A stretch of DNA of 64,000 bases from Gammaproteobacteria bacterium (GTDB lineage: Bacteria > Pseudomonadota > Gammaproteobacteria > Eutrophobiales > Eutrophobiaceae). The DNA lies in assembly GCA_965215365.1 (NCBI GenBank), contig CBDCDS010000003.1:1856001-1920000 (forward strand), in the 5' to 3' direction. This document shows positions 13,192-24,182 of this stretch, piece by piece. A program made the translations under genes and the position numbers. Below the pieces are notes generated by a model that had not been told where the DNA came from, searched no databases, and saw only the letters and a list, made by a program, of their open reading frames with translations. Each line of letters opens with the position of its first letter. The stretch's first letter is position 1.

Positions 13192-13272
13192 TTATGCTAT
13201 TATGGAAACCTCTAAAAATGCTCTCCGTAGCATTTTTAGAGATTATTTTGAGTAACACGCAGGAGTAATCCA

Positions 13273-13737
13273 ATGCAGGTGATATTACTGGAAAAAATCG
13301 GGAAACTAGGCGAGCTCGGACAGCAGGTGAACGTCAAGCCCGGCTATGGACGAAATTTTCTTATTCCAAGCGGCAAGGCAATCCCGGCCACGCCGGACAA
13401 TATAACGAAGTTTGAGGCGCAGCGGGCGCAGCTGGAACAAACCCAGGCCGAGACGGTGGCCGCAGCCCAGGCTCGGGCGGAAGGACTCAACATGCTGGAA
13501 CTGACACTGCCCAGGAAAATTGTCGCCGACGACCGTCTGTATGGCTCGGTGGGTACCCACGACATTATCGAAGCGGCACAGGCCGCAGGACAGGAGATTA
13601 CCAAACATGAAGTCCGGCTGCCGGATGGCCCGTTCAGAGCCTTAGGCGAGTATGAGGTTGAATTGCACCTGCACGCAGATGTGCCCGCTCGCATCAAACT
13701 GAAAATCGTGGCGGAACAGGAGCAGGATGCGGCCTGA
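13273..13737 (+). CDS. rplI: 50S ribosomal protein L9
   Basis: MQVILLEKI..VKPGYGRNFLIP..LYGSV. Confidence 0.98.
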   Translation: MQVILLEKIGKLGELGQQVNVKPGYGRNFLIPSGKAIPATPDNITKFEAQRAQLEQTQAETVAAAQARAEGLNMLELTLPRKIVADDRLYGSVGTHDIIEAAQAAGQEITKHEVRLPDGPFRALGEYEVELHLHADVPARIKLKIVAEQEQDAA

Positions 13738-13740
13738 ACT

Positions 13741-15135
13741 ATGCCCGAGCCCGCACATAGCGTTTCTGATCCTGAAATCAGGGCGCTGAAGACCCCGCCT
13801 CATTCCATTGAGGCGGAACAGTCGGTGTTGGGCGGATTGTTCCTGGACCAGGAGGCCTACATCAAGGTTATTGAGCGGGTACAGGCCGACGATTTTTATC
13901 GTCAGGACCACCGCATTATCTACAACGCCATCCAGTCTCTGGATAACGAAGGCAAGCCGTTTGATTTGGTCACGGTAGCCGAATGGCTGGAGTCTCACCG
14001 GCAACTCGACGATGCCGGCGGCCTGTCTTATCTGGCGGCGCTGGCCGACAACACGCCTTCTTCCAGCAATGTCGCGGTCTATGCCGATATTGTGCGCAAG
14101 CGCTCCATAATGCGGCGCTTGATTGCCGCTACCGTCAAAATCAACGAAACCATCTTTAACCCGATGGGCATGAGCAGCGAGCAGGTGCTGGATTTTGCCG
14201 AGCAGGTCATCTTTGAGATAGCCGAAGGGGAAACCCGGGGCAAGCGCGCCTATACAAGCATTCAACCCCTGTTGAGCAGCGCCCTGGAGCGGGTGCAGGA
14301 GCTGTACGAGAAACAAACCCCGGTCACCGGCCTTGCCACCGGCTTCGAGGACTTCGACGAACGCACGGCCGGCTTGCAGAAATCCGACCTGATCATCGTC
14401 GCCGGCAGACCCTCCATGGGTAAGACCGCGTTTGCTGTCAATATCGCCGAATACGCAGTCATCAAGGAGAAACTGTCCGTGGTCATGTTCAGTATGGAAA
14501 TGCCAGGTGAACAACTGGCCATACGCATGATGTCGTCATGGGGGCGAGTCGATCAGCAAAAGGTGCGCACCGGCAAGTTGCAGGATCAAGACTGGCCGCG
14601 CCTGACCTCGGCGGTATTAGCGTTAAAGGATGCAAAACTGTTCATTGACGACACCCCGGCCCTGACGCCGGCAGAATTACGCGCCCGCTGCCGGCGTCTG
14701 GCCCGGGAACACAGCCTGGATCTGATTATCATTGACTATCTGCAACTGATGCAAATCCCCGGCACTATGGAGAACCGGGCAACCGAAATTTCCGAGATCT
14801 CGCGTTCCCTCAAAGCCATGGCCAAGGAGCTCAACGTGCCTGTGGTGGCCTTGTCGCAGCTGAACCGCAGCTTAGAGCAACGCCCCAACAAGCGCCCGGT
14901 CATGTCCGACTTGCGTGAATCCGGCGCCATCGAGCAGGATGCCGATGTGATCGTGTTCATCTATCGGGATGAAGTTTATAATGAAGACAGCGCCGACAAG
15001 GGCATGGCTGAAATCATCATCGGCAAGCAGCGCAACGGTCCCATCGGCACGGTAAAACTGGCATTTCTGGGCCAGTTCACACGTTTTGAAAATTATACGG
15101 AAGAACCTTCATACCTGTCGGGCCCGGATGAATGA
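13741..15135 (+). CDS. dnaB: Replicative DNA helicase
   Basis: PPHSIEAEQSVLG, GRPSMGKT, IIIDYLQL, DLRESGAIEQDAD; no intein. Confidence 0.98.
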   Translation: MPEPAHSVSDPEIRALKTPPHSIEAEQSVLGGLFLDQEAYIKVIERVQADDFYRQDHRIIYNAIQSLDNEGKPFDLVTVAEWLESHRQLDDAGGLSYLAALADNTPSSSNVAVYADIVRKRSIMRRLIAATVKINETIFNPMGMSSEQVLDFAEQVIFEIAEGETRGKRAYTSIQPLLSSALERVQELYEKQTPVTGLATGFEDFDERTAGLQKSDLIIVAGRPSMGKTAFAVNIAEYAVIKEKLSVVMFSMEMPGEQLAIRMMSSWGRVDQQKVRTGKLQDQDWPRLTSAVLALKDAKLFIDDTPALTPAELRARCRRLAREHSLDLIIIDYLQLMQIPGTMENRATEISEISRSLKAMAKELNVPVVALSQLNRSLEQRPNKRPVMSDLRESGAIEQDADVIVFIYRDEVYNEDSADKGMAEIIIGKQRNGPIGTVKLAFLGQFTRFENYTEEPSYLSGPDE

Positions 15136-16292
15136 CCCGTCCCGCCAGGGTGATCATCGATCTGGCTGCGTTGCGTCATAATCTGGCGCAGGCCCGGGAG
15201 TATGCACCGAACAGCAAGGTGATGGCCATCGTCAAGGCCGATGCCTACGGACACGGTATCAGCCGCGTGGCGCCGGCGCTGGCACCGGCCGATGCCTTCG
15301 GGGTGGCCTGTCTGGAGGAGGCCCGGCAACTCAGGCAGGAGGGGGTGGAACAGAAAATCCTGTTGCTGGAAGGGCCCTACGACGCATCGGAACTTGCCGA
15401 GATACAACAGCGGCGGCTCGATATTGTGATCCACCACCGCGTGCAACTGGAACTGCTCGAGCAAGCTGAGATCACTGTTCCGCTCAAGGTGTGGCTCAAG
15501 GTTGACAGCGGCATGCACCGGCTTGGCTTTGCGCCGGAGGAGGTGGCGCCGGTGTGTGCGCGCTTGCTGCGCATTAACGGCGTGGCTCGGAAGATCCGCT
15601 TTATCTCCCATCTGGCGTGCGCCAACGAGGCCGACAACCCACTGACACAGAAGCAGGGCGAGGTCTTTTTTGAGGCGACAAAACCTTACCGTGCGGAAAA
15701 ATCCCTGGCAAATTCCGCGGCGCTGCTGAGTCGCCCGGACTACTGCCTGGACTGGGTCAGGCCCGGCCTGATGTTGTACGGGGTATCGCCGCTGGATGCG
15801 CGTATTGGAACCGGTTTCAACCTGAAACCCGTCATGACCTTTGGCTCAAGCCTGATTTCCGTAAAGCGCTTGCGCAGCGGCGACCCGGTCGGCTATGGCG
15901 CCAGCTGGCGCTGTCCGCAGGACATGCCGGTAGGCGTAGTGGCTGCCGGTTACGGTGATGGCTACCCGCGCCATGCAGTGACCGGCACCCGCATCCAAGT
16001 ACGCGGCAGGGATTGTGCATTAATCGGGAAGCCCTCCATGGACATGATGACGCTGGACTTGCGCGCCTGCCCGGACGCCGCACCCGGTGACCCGGTATTG
16101 TTGTGGGGCCAAGGATTGCCGGTTGAGGAGACCGCAGTCGGCGCCGGAACTGTGCCTTACGAGGTGCTGTGCGGCGTGCACAAACGCCTTGAGTTTGTGA
16201 CTTATGACAACAAAGACCAGCCCGCAGCTCTCACCAAGACCAGCGAGGGCGCATCAAGCGCAGTGGGTTATGGGGAAAGAGCAGCAATATGA
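15132..16292 (+). CDS. alr: Alanine racemase with a MITE-derived 24-aa tail
   Basis: AIVKADAYGHG PLP lysine, KVDSGMHRLG, GYGDGYPR. Confidence 0.97.
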   Translation: MTRPARVIIDLAALRHNLAQAREYAPNSKVMAIVKADAYGHGISRVAPALAPADAFGVACLEEARQLRQEGVEQKILLLEGPYDASELAEIQQRRLDIVIHHRVQLELLEQAEITVPLKVWLKVDSGMHRLGFAPEEVAPVCARLLRINGVARKIRFISHLACANEADNPLTQKQGEVFFEATKPYRAEKSLANSAALLSRPDYCLDWVRPGLMLYGVSPLDARIGTGFNLKPVMTFGSSLISVKRLRSGDPVGYGASWRCPQDMPVGVVAAGYGDGYPRHAVTGTRIQVRGRDCALIGKPSMDMMTLDLRACPDAAPGDPVLLWGQGLPVEETAVGAGTVPYEVLCGVHKRLEFVTYDNKDQPAALTKTSEGASSAVGYGERAAI

Positions 16293-16356
16293 TCATAACT
16301 TATTGAAAGCAATTATGTTTCACAAGACGACAAGCGACTTAGTGAGATATGCGGGC
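16220..16356. mobile_element. 137-bp MITE, same family as the 2836-3660 array, opposite orientation
   Basis: Ends GCCCGCAGCTCTCACC / GTGAGATATGCGGGC; body is the reverse complement of the array unit's first half; flanked by CA and TA. Confidence 0.85.
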
Positions 16357-17728
16357 TAAGGCCAGGAAACAGTACCAGTGCAATGAATGTGGCGCCCGTG
16401 CGCCCAAGTGGACCGGGCAATGCGCGGATTGTAACGCCTGGAACACCCTGGTCGAAATTGCGCCGGAGCAGGGTGCGCCGGGTGACATGCGGTTTCAGTC
16501 GCACCTTGCCGCGCGCGCAGAGGTGTGCAAACTGGACGAGGTGGGCCTGGAACAGGAGCCGCGTATGCCAACCGGTTCCAAGGAACTTGATCGCGCCCTG
16601 GGGGGCGGCCTGGTGGGCGGTTCCGTGGTGTTGCTGGGTGGCGATCCGGGCATTGGCAAGTCCACCTTGTTATTGCAGGCGTTAGCGTCGCTGAGTCAGG
16701 ATGATAATCTCGCCGCCCTGTACGTTACCGGGGAAGAATCAATCGAACAGGTGAGCTTGCGCGGGCGCCGACTGGGGTTGCCGGCAACCGGCTTGTACGT
16801 GCTTGCGGAGAACCTGTTGGAGCATATTATTGAGGCGGCCAACGCACGCGCGCCGCGGGTGCTGGTAGTAGATTCTATTCAGACGGTATTTTCCGAAACC
16901 CTGCAATCAGCACCCGGTTCGGTGGCCCAGGTACGCGAGTGTGCGGCGCGGCTGGTACGCTACGCCAAGCAGACCCGTACCATGGTGTTTCTGGTGGGGC
17001 ATGTCACCAAGGAAGGGGCGCTGGCAGGCCCCAGGGTGCTGGAACACATGGTGGATACGGTGTTGTATTTTGAGGGTGACAGCAACAGCCGCTACCGGAT
17101 GATTCGCGCGGTCAAGAACCGTTACGGCGCAGTCAATGAGCTCGGTGTATTTGCCATGACCGACAAGGGCTTGCGCGCAGTCAGTAATCCTTCGGCGCTG
17201 TTTCTGTCCAACCACGGAGAAGCGGCGCCCGGCACGGCCATCCTGGTCACCCGCGAAGGCAGCCGCCCGTTGTTGGTGGAGGTGCAGGCGCTGGTGGACC
17301 AGTGCCACGGCAGCCAGCCGCGGCGGGTGACCGTGGGGCTGGAGCAAAACCGCCTGTCCATGTTACTGGCAGTCCTGCATCGGCATGCAGGGGTGGCGAC
17401 TTACGATCAGGATGTGTTTGTCAATGTGGCCGGCGGTGTCCGCATCAATGAAACTGCGGCGGATCTGGCGGTGCTGGCGGCGGTGCTGTCCAGCCTGCAC
17501 AACCAGTCTCCGGCGGATGATCGGGTGGTATTCGGTGAAGTTGGCCTGACGGGGGAAATCAGGCCCGTTCAGGAGGGCACAGAACGCCTCAAAGAGGCAC
17601 AAAAGCACGGGTTCAATCAGGCCATCATCCCCGCCGCCAACGCCCCCAAAAAAATGCCGGGGAAATTCCGCGTCACCCCGGTGCGGAAGCTGAGTCAGGC
17701 TATTGAGGCGTTGCGCACCCGGCAATAA
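16349..17728 (+). CDS. radA: DNA repair protein RadA/Sms
   Basis: CNECG..WTGQCADC zinc finger, GDPGIGKST, KNRYG. Confidence 0.97.
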   Translation: MRAKARKQYQCNECGARAPKWTGQCADCNAWNTLVEIAPEQGAPGDMRFQSHLAARAEVCKLDEVGLEQEPRMPTGSKELDRALGGGLVGGSVVLLGGDPGIGKSTLLLQALASLSQDDNLAALYVTGEESIEQVSLRGRRLGLPATGLYVLAENLLEHIIEAANARAPRVLVVDSIQTVFSETLQSAPGSVAQVRECAARLVRYAKQTRTMVFLVGHVTKEGALAGPRVLEHMVDTVLYFEGDSNSRYRMIRAVKNRYGAVNELGVFAMTDKGLRAVSNPSALFLSNHGEAAPGTAILVTREGSRPLLVEVQALVDQCHGSQPRRVTVGLEQNRLSMLLAVLHRHAGVATYDQDVFVNVAGGVRINETAADLAVLAAVLSSLHNQSPADDRVVFGEVGLTGEIRPVQEGTERLKEAQKHGFNQAIIPAANAPKKMPGKFRVTPVRKLSQAIEALRTRQ

Positions 17729-17755
17729 CAGCGCTTGCTCGTTATCCTCCGTTCG

Positions 17756-18928
17756 TCATTCCTGCCAGAGCTCTGCCGCTAACTCCTCAGCCCTGCCGAG
17801 GTCCTCCTCCGATAACTCCTGCAGCAGGCTGTCGCGCCGGTGCAGATCCAGCGGGTTGCCATCTTCGGCCAGCAGGGTGTACCAGGCCAAGGCCAGTGGT
17901 TTGTTCGGGGGCAGGCGCCCTGAGCCCTGCAGGTAGAGTAGCGCCAGACTGCGCCGTGCCGGGGTATAGCCCTGGGCGGCAGCTTTCCGGTACCATTCCA
18001 GCGCCTGCTCCGGATCCTGCTCAGTCCCGTCACCGTTGGCGTAGGTCGCGCCTAGGCGGTATTGGGCGGGGGCGTAACCTTGCTGCGCGGATTTGCTGAA
18101 ATAGGCAAAGGCTTGTGCGTAGTCTTGCGCCAGGGTGTCACCCATGGCGTAGGCCAGACCCAGTTCATAGTTGGAGACCGCGGTTGAATTTGCCAGTGGG
18201 GTAGGGCGTTCAGCAGTGGCGGCGACGTTCTCTGCGGAGGTTCTGGGCGCATTCCCGGCTGTCACTGAAGTCTGCGTCGGTGGTGACGCCGGCGCCCCGG
18301 CGCCATTGCCGGCTTGAGTTTGTACCTCGGTATCAGGCTCGGACACAGGTTTGTCGCCCCGACCAAACCAGCGTTTGAAGACCCCGGTTTTTTCGGCTTT
18401 CGCTCTGGATTCAGCCCGAGGTTTAACCTCAAGCGGGGGCAGGGATACGGCTTCCCGTTCCAGTTCCTCACGGGTTTTGGCGGTGCTGATACGCCGCAGG
18501 CTGGCAAGATTGTTGCGGGCATCATTATGGCCTTGTTGCGCCGCTTGTTCATACCAGTGTCGCGCCTCGGAATCGCTCTGGCGCACGCCTTCTCCCATCA
18601 GGAACATATTCCCCAGTCGGTACTGGGCGTCGGCATAACCCAGTTCCGCCGCGCGTGCATACCAGCGCGCGGCCCTGGCAATATCCATCTCCACGCCGGC
18701 ACCGCGGTGATAAAGTGCGGCCAGTTCATGCTGGGCCTGAGCATTGTCCTGCACGGCCAGCTCAGCAAACAGCTCATAGGCAATGTCGTATTCCTGATTC
18801 TGCAATGCCGTGTAGGCGGCGCGCAGCGCCTGCGCGCGCTCAGCATCGGCGTCGGCAGCGGCGGGCGCGTTGACGGCGGCGCTTGCGCACAGTACGAGCA
18901 GGGTTGCCAGTGGCAAAAATCTAATCAC
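17756..18928 (-). CDS. Secreted SEL1-like repeat protein
   Basis: Signal peptide; two blocks of SEL1 repeats (AQYRLG..Y..G.G..QD..A..WY..AA.QG) separated by a low-complexity linker. Confidence 0.88.
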   Translation of the reverse strand: MIRFLPLATLLVLCASAAVNAPAAADADAERAQALRAAYTALQNQEYDIAYELFAELAVQDNAQAQHELAALYHRGAGVEMDIARAARWYARAAELGYADAQYRLGNMFLMGEGVRQSDSEARHWYEQAAQQGHNDARNNLASLRRISTAKTREELEREAVSLPPLEVKPRAESRAKAEKTGVFKRWFGRGDKPVSEPDTEVQTQAGNGAGAPASPPTQTSVTAGNAPRTSAENVAATAERPTPLANSTAVSNYELGLAYAMGDTLAQDYAQAFAYFSKSAQQGYAPAQYRLGATYANGDGTEQDPEQALEWYRKAAAQGYTPARRSLALLYLQGSGRLPPNKPLALAWYTLLAEDGNPLDLHRRDSLLQELSEEDLGRAEELAAELWQE

Positions 18929-19084
18929 GGATGATGGGTGTGGAATGTGTTACTATGGTGCCCATTGTACCTGAAAGCATGTTATCGGCACACCTGCATT
19001 TTCTGTGTGACTGCACCGCCGTGGCGGTGATGTACTGATGTTGTGGCCCGGTGACTGTCGGTCCCGAGGCGGCATACTGTAGCA

Positions 19085-20506
19085 ATGACGAGCAAAACAC
19101 TCTACGACAAACTGTGGGATGAACATCTGGTGCAGGACTTCGGCAATGGTGTCTGTCTGTTGTACATCGATCGCCACCTGGTCCACGAAGTCACTTCTCC
19201 GCAGGCATTCGAAGGGCTGCGTCTTGCCGGCCGGGAACCCTGGCGGCCTGGTGCCAGTCTGGCCGTGCCTGACCACAATGTGCCCACCCGCCGGCGGACA
19301 GTCATTGCCGACCCGGTCGCGCGCAAGCAACTGCAGACCCTGGAACAAAACGTAAAAGCTGCGCGTATTCCCTATTTTGAACTGTCTGATAAACGCCAGG
19401 GCATCGTGCACGTCATTGGCCCGGAGCAGGGCGCCTGCCTGCCTGGCATGACGATTGTGTGCGGCGATTCGCACACCACTACCAACGGCGCGCTGGCGGC
19501 TCTGGCTATGGGTATCGGCACCTCCGAGGTGGAGCATGTGCTGGCCACCCAGACCCTGGTAGCCAAAAAAATGAAGAATATGCAGGTGCGAGTCAGCAAC
19601 AGGCTGGCACCAGGTATCACCGCCAAAGACCTGATTTTGTATATCATCGGCAAAATTGGCACAGCCGGCGGTGTTGGTTGTGCCATTGAGTTCTGCGGGG
19701 AGGGCGTCAGCGCCCTGTCCATGGAGGGGCGTATGACCTTGTGTAATATGGCTATCGAAGCCGGCGCCCGGTGCGGTCTGGTGGCGGTGGATGAGCAGAC
19801 TATCAACTATGTCAGGGGACGGCCGTTTGCGCCAACCGGGGATAGCTGGGACAGGGCTGTTGACGCCTGGCAAGACCTGCACAGCGACCCCGGCGTTGCG
19901 TTTGACCAGACCGTGGAGATTGACGCCGCCGCCGTGCCGCCCTGCGTGACCTGGGGCACCTCACCGGAGATGGTGGCGTCGGTGCACGAGCAGGTGCCGG
20001 ACCCGGCGCAGGAGGCGGACTCGGTCAGGCGCGCGGGCATGTCGAGCGCACTGCGCTATATGGGCTTGCAGGCGGGTATGCCCATCAGCGCCATCTGCCC
20101 GGACCGGATTTTTATCGGTTCCTGCACCAACTCGCGCATTGAAGATCTGCGCGCGGCGGCCCGGGTGGTTGCCGGGAAGCGTCTGGCAGACAACATTAAA
20201 CAAGCCCTGGTGGTGCCGGGTTCCGGTCTGGTCAAACGTCAGGCCGAGGCCGAAGGGCTGGACGGCATCTTCCTCAATGCCGGTTTTGAGTGGCGCGAGC
20301 CGGGCTGCTCCATGTGCCTGGGTATGAACGACGATCGACTCGATGAGGGCGAGCGTAGCGCTTCCACCTCCAATCGTAACTTTGAAGGCCGCCAAGGCGC
20401 TGGCGGTCGCACCCATCTGGTGGGCCCGGCCATGGCTGCGGCGGCCGGCATAGCCGGCCACTTTGTCGATGTGCGCGAATATTTGCCTGCAGATAACGCA
20501 GATTAA
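19085..20506 (+). CDS. leuC: 3-isopropylmalate dehydratase large subunit
   Basis: [36 protein letters not shown]. Confidence 0.98.
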   Translation: MTSKTLYDKLWDEHLVQDFGNGVCLLYIDRHLVHEVTSPQAFEGLRLAGREPWRPGASLAVPDHNVPTRRRTVIADPVARKQLQTLEQNVKAARIPYFELSDKRQGIVHVIGPEQGACLPGMTIVCGDSHTTTNGALAALAMGIGTSEVEHVLATQTLVAKKMKNMQVRVSNRLAPGITAKDLILYIIGKIGTAGGVGCAIEFCGEGVSALSMEGRMTLCNMAIEAGARCGLVAVDEQTINYVRGRPFAPTGDSWDRAVDAWQDLHSDPGVAFDQTVEIDAAAVPPCVTWGTSPEMVASVHEQVPDPAQEADSVRRAGMSSALRYMGLQAGMPISAICPDRIFIGSCTNSRIEDLRAAARVVAGKRLADNIKQALVVPGSGLVKRQAEAEGLDGIFLNAGFEWREPGCSMCLGMNDDRLDEGERSASTSNRNFEGRQGAGGRTHLVGPAMAAAAGIAGHFVDVREYLPADNAD

Positions 20507-20511
20507 CGCAG

Positions 20512-21159
20512 ATGCAAGCCTTCACAACGCTAAATGGTCTGGTCGCCCCTCTGGACCGGTCCAATGTCGATACCGACGCGATCATTCCCAAGCAGTTCTT
20601 AAAATCCATTCATCGTACTGGTTTTGGGCCGAATCTGTTTGATTCATGGCGCTATCTCGACACCGGTGAACCGGAGCAGGATTGCCGCGGGCGGCCGTTA
20701 CGGCAGGACTTCGTGTTGAATCTGCCGCGTTACCAGGGTGCGCAAATACTGCTGGCGCGGGAGAATTTTGGTTGCGGCTCCTCCCGGGAACATGCTGTGT
20801 GGGCCTTGTACGAGTACGGTTTCCGCTGTGTCATTGCGCCGAGTTACGGTGATATTTTTGCCACCAATGCCGGCAAGAACGGTTTATTAACCATTGTGCT
20901 TGGCTTGGCGCAGGTGCAGCGGTTGTTTCGGGAAGTCGAGCAAACCGAAGGCTACCGGTTGCAGGTAAATCTGCACGAACAGACGGTCGGCGCCCCGGCC
21001 GGGCAGGTGTTCGGTTTTGAGATTGAAGCCGCACTCAAGGAACGGCTGCTGTTGGGTCAGGACGATATCGGCATGACCCTGGCGCGCCGCGAGCTGATTC
21101 GCGCGTATGAACAACGGCGGTTACAGGAACGCCCGTGGCTGTTCCCGGACCTGACCTGA
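20512..21159 (+). CDS. leuD: 3-isopropylmalate dehydratase small subunit
   Basis: [25 protein letters not shown]. Confidence 0.98.
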   Translation: MQAFTTLNGLVAPLDRSNVDTDAIIPKQFLKSIHRTGFGPNLFDSWRYLDTGEPEQDCRGRPLRQDFVLNLPRYQGAQILLARENFGCGSSREHAVWALYEYGFRCVIAPSYGDIFATNAGKNGLLTIVLGLAQVQRLFREVEQTEGYRLQVNLHEQTVGAPAGQVFGFEIEAALKERLLLGQDDIGMTLARRELIRAYEQRRLQERPWLFPDLT

Positions 21160-21209
21160 TAAAAAATCGGTGGCGGCATCATGGGCGCCGCCGGCTTGTT
21201 TGAGGTGAC

Positions 21210-22811
21210 ATGATGGATAATCTGCAAAAATTGTTCGAGACCCAAACACGCGCCTGGAACGCCTGCACTGACTTGTGGATTAACACCACCAGGGCATTTT
21301 TGGGGGAACAGAGCAGCCCGGTGAAGAAGCCGGACAAAAGCGACCGGCGTTTCCGGCATCCGGCTTGGGATGAGCATCCTTTCTATAGCCTCATCAAGCA
21401 ATCCTACCTGGTGGCTGCCGATGCGATGCAGTCCGCCATCGCCGAAGTGGACGGCGTGGATGAGGCGACTGCGCACAAGATGCGGTTTTATACTAGGCAA
21501 TTCGTGGATGCGATGTCGCCGTCCAACTTCCCGCTCACCAATCCGGAAGTGATGCAGGCGACCCTGGAATCAAAAGGGGATAATCTGCTCAAGGGACTGC
21601 AGAATCTTATCGACGACTTCGATGGCGAATCGGGCCAGCTGCGTATCAGCATGACCGACCGGGAGGCGTTTGCACCGGGTCGTAACGTTGCTACGACGCC
21701 GGGCAAGGTGGTGTTTCAGAACGACCTGTTGCAACTGTTGCAGTTCGAACCCGCCACAGCACAGACTTATAAGCAACCGTTGCTGATCATGCCGCCCTGG
21801 ATCAACAAGTATTACGTGCTGGACCTGCAACCGCAAAACTCCTTCATCAAGTGGTTGGTGGCGCAGGGGCACACGGTGTTTGTTGTGTCCTGGGTTAATC
21901 CCGATGCCAGCCTGGGGCACAAGGACTTTGCCGACTATGTCACGGCAGGAGCACTGGCGGCGATTGACGCCGTGACACAGGCTACCGGTGCAGTCCGGGT
22001 CAACCTGGTCGGTTATTGCATTGGCGGCACGCTGCTGGCGGCAACTCTGGCTTATATGCAGGAAACGGGCGATACCCGCGTCGCTTCAGCCACCTTTTTC
22101 GTTACGCTGATCGACTTCTCCATTCCCGGTGATCTGGGCGTATTCATTGATGAGCAACAACTGGAAAGCCTGGAACGCAGCATGGCCGCGCGCGGCTATC
22201 ACGACGGCAGGGACATGGCTGCCGCCTTCAACCTGTTGCGCGCGAACGACCTGATCTGGTCGTTTTACGTGCGCAACTACCTGCTGGGCAAGGAACCGGC
22301 ACCGTTTGATCTGCTTTACTGGAATGCCGATTCGACCCGGTTGCCGGCAAAAATGCACAGCACCTACCTGCGCACCATGTATCTGGAAAACCGGTTTAAG
22401 GAACCGGGTGGCTTAAGCGTTGCTGGCGTTCCCATAGACGTAAGCAAAATTCGCACGCCGGCCTATTTTATTTCCACCGAAGAGGATCACATCGCCCCCT
22501 GGAAAGGCACCTACCTGGGCGCGCAACTGTTCTCCGGCCCGGTGCGCTTCGTGCTGGGCAAGTCCGGCCACATTGCCGGCATCATCAACCCGCCCGACGC
22601 CAACAAGTATGGCTACTATACCGGGCCCGGGGTTGACCTTGCCGCAGCCGAGTGGCGCGCGACTGCCGAGCCGCATGACGGTTCCTGGTGGCCCGACTGG
22701 CAGGCCTGGTTGGAACAATACGCCGGCGAGCAGGTTGCCGCGCGGCGCCCCGGAGACAACGGGCAGGCCATTCTTGAAGATGCGCCGGGCAGTTACGTGA
22801 AGCTGTCGTAA
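21210..22811 (+). CDS. phaC: Poly(3-hydroxyalkanoate) synthase (class I-like)
   Basis: DRRF..W, SPSNF, PPWINKYYVLDL, GYCIGG lipase box, DHI, GHIAG, SWWPDW. Confidence 0.93.
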   Translation: MMDNLQKLFETQTRAWNACTDLWINTTRAFLGEQSSPVKKPDKSDRRFRHPAWDEHPFYSLIKQSYLVAADAMQSAIAEVDGVDEATAHKMRFYTRQFVDAMSPSNFPLTNPEVMQATLESKGDNLLKGLQNLIDDFDGESGQLRISMTDREAFAPGRNVATTPGKVVFQNDLLQLLQFEPATAQTYKQPLLIMPPWINKYYVLDLQPQNSFIKWLVAQGHTVFVVSWVNPDASLGHKDFADYVTAGALAAIDAVTQATGAVRVNLVGYCIGGTLLAATLAYMQETGDTRVASATFFVTLIDFSIPGDLGVFIDEQQLESLERSMAARGYHDGRDMAAAFNLLRANDLIWSFYVRNYLLGKEPAPFDLLYWNADSTRLPAKMHSTYLRTMYLENRFKEPGGLSVAGVPIDVSKIRTPAYFISTEEDHIAPWKGTYLGAQLFSGPVRFVLGKSGHIAGIINPPDANKYGYYTGPGVDLAAAEWRATAEPHDGSWWPDWQAWLEQYAGEQVAARRPGDNGQAILEDAPGSYVKLS

Positions 22812-22820
22812 GAGGTTCCT

Positions 22821-24182
22821 TTAACTCGCCAGACGCTGGCTGGATAGCTGCTGGTATTCTTCCTCGAAGAAGAACTGCTCGGCGCCGAAGGCCGGTTCTA
22901 GGTCGTCCAGCCAGGTCGCGTGCTCGTCAAACCGGGCAAAGAACGGCTGCTGGGTCCAGTTTTCGTTGCGGCCTTGCAGGAATCTCAACAAAAACACCTT
23001 TTCGTTATTGATATCCATTACTCCCTGCACCTGCACCTTGCCCGGTGAGGCGCTCATGGAGGGGCCGCGCACGGTGCGCGCCAGACCGGAAACTGACTGG
23101 TAGGCTTGCTGATAGACCTCCAGCGCGCGTGCCAGCGGCACCTCAAAGTAGCGGCGGGCGCCGGTGTCACGCTCGACAAACATGTAATACGGGATCAGGC
23201 CCAGACGCACCTGCTCGCGCCACATCCTGGCCCAGACCAACGGGTCGTTATTGATCTTGTCTAGCAACGGTCCCTGGCAACGGATTTCCGCGCCGGTGGA
23301 ACGAATACGCTGGATGGCGCGCCGGGTCATGTAGGATTCCAGTTCCCGCCAGTGGTTGAGGTGAGCCATGAACGCCACGTGCTTGCCTGCTTTCACCAGT
23401 CGTTCCAGCAGGCGCAACAGGTCGTCGGCGTCATCATCAGTGACGAACCGGTGCGGCCAGTAGGTCAGCGCCTTGCTGCCGATACGCAAGGTCTGCACAT
23501 GGTGGACGGAATGGTCCAGCAGAGGTTCCAGATAACTGCTGAGGTGGCGGGTTTTCATCACCATGGGGTCGCCCCCGGTCACGAGCAGGTCGGAAACCTC
23601 CTTGTGCCGTTTCAGGTAAGCATACAAGCCGTCCGCTTCATTGGCTGAAAAACGCATGGACTTGTCGCCGACAAATTGCGCCCAACGGAAACAGAAAGTG
23701 CAGTAGGAATGGCAGACCTGGCCTTGAGAAGGAAAAAACAGCGCCGTCTCATGGTATTTGTGCTGCATCCCGCGCAAGGGTTCCTGATCCAGCCGCGGTA
23801 CGTTAAGCTCCATTTGTCCGGCCGGATGCGGGTTAAGGCCCGCACGAATTTTGACGGCAAGGGCGTGTACGGCTTTGGGGTCGGCGGCTGCGGCCAGCAG
23901 TTTCTCCATGCGTCTGAACGCGGCGGGTTCCAGCATGTCCCGTTGTGGGAACGTAAGCAGGAACATGGGGTCGGTTGCGGCGTTATCCCAGTCGATGAGC
24001 TGGTCGAGCACATGCTGGTTGACCCGGAACGGCAAGACTTTGGCAACTACACTGATTTCATGGCGCAATTCATCCGGCAGGTTATGTAAATAGTCAATTT
24101 GCTCAAGATTTTTCTCATTGTACACCTTGAACTTCGAGCTCGGGACGAGCTCAGGTCGTCTGGCAGTTGCAGCATAATTCAA
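22821..24182 (-). CDS. KamA-family radical SAM protein (lysine 2,3-aminomutase-like)
   Basis: HKY, CHSYCTFCFR (CxxxCxxC), TGGDP, PYYMF. Confidence 0.85.
   Translation of the reverse strand: MNYAATARRPELVPSSKFKVYNEKNLEQIDYLHNLPDELRHEISVVAKVLPFRVNQHVLDQLIDWDNAATDPMFLLTFPQRDMLEPAAFRRMEKLLAAAADPKAVHALAVKIRAGLNPHPAGQMELNVPRLDQEPLRGMQHKYHETALFFPSQGQVCHSYCTFCFRWAQFVGDKSMRFSANEADGLYAYLKRHKEVSDLLVTGGDPMVMKTRHLSSYLEPLLDHSVHHVQTLRIGSKALTYWPHRFVTDDDADDLLRLLERLVKAGKHVAFMAHLNHWRELESYMTRRAIQRIRSTGAEIRCQGPLLDKINNDPLVWARMWREQVRLGLIPYYMFVERDTGARRYFEVPLARALEVYQQAYQSVSGLARTVRGPSMSASPGKVQVQGVMDINNEKVFLLRFLQGRNENWTQQPFFARFDEHATWLDDLEPAFGAEQFFFEEEYQQLSSQRLAS

Noticed and set aside
20488-20513. GCAGATAACGCAGATTAACGCAGAT short direct repeat at the leuC-leuD junction
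   Set aside because: Only one instance in the window; cannot be established as a REP family or regulatory site.
22821-24182. KamA-like radical SAM enzyme as part of the RiPP cluster or as EF-P modifier EpmB
   Set aside because: It is separated from the cluster by msrA and the PilZ-like gene, has no RRE/SPASM features, and no efp/epmA is adjacent.
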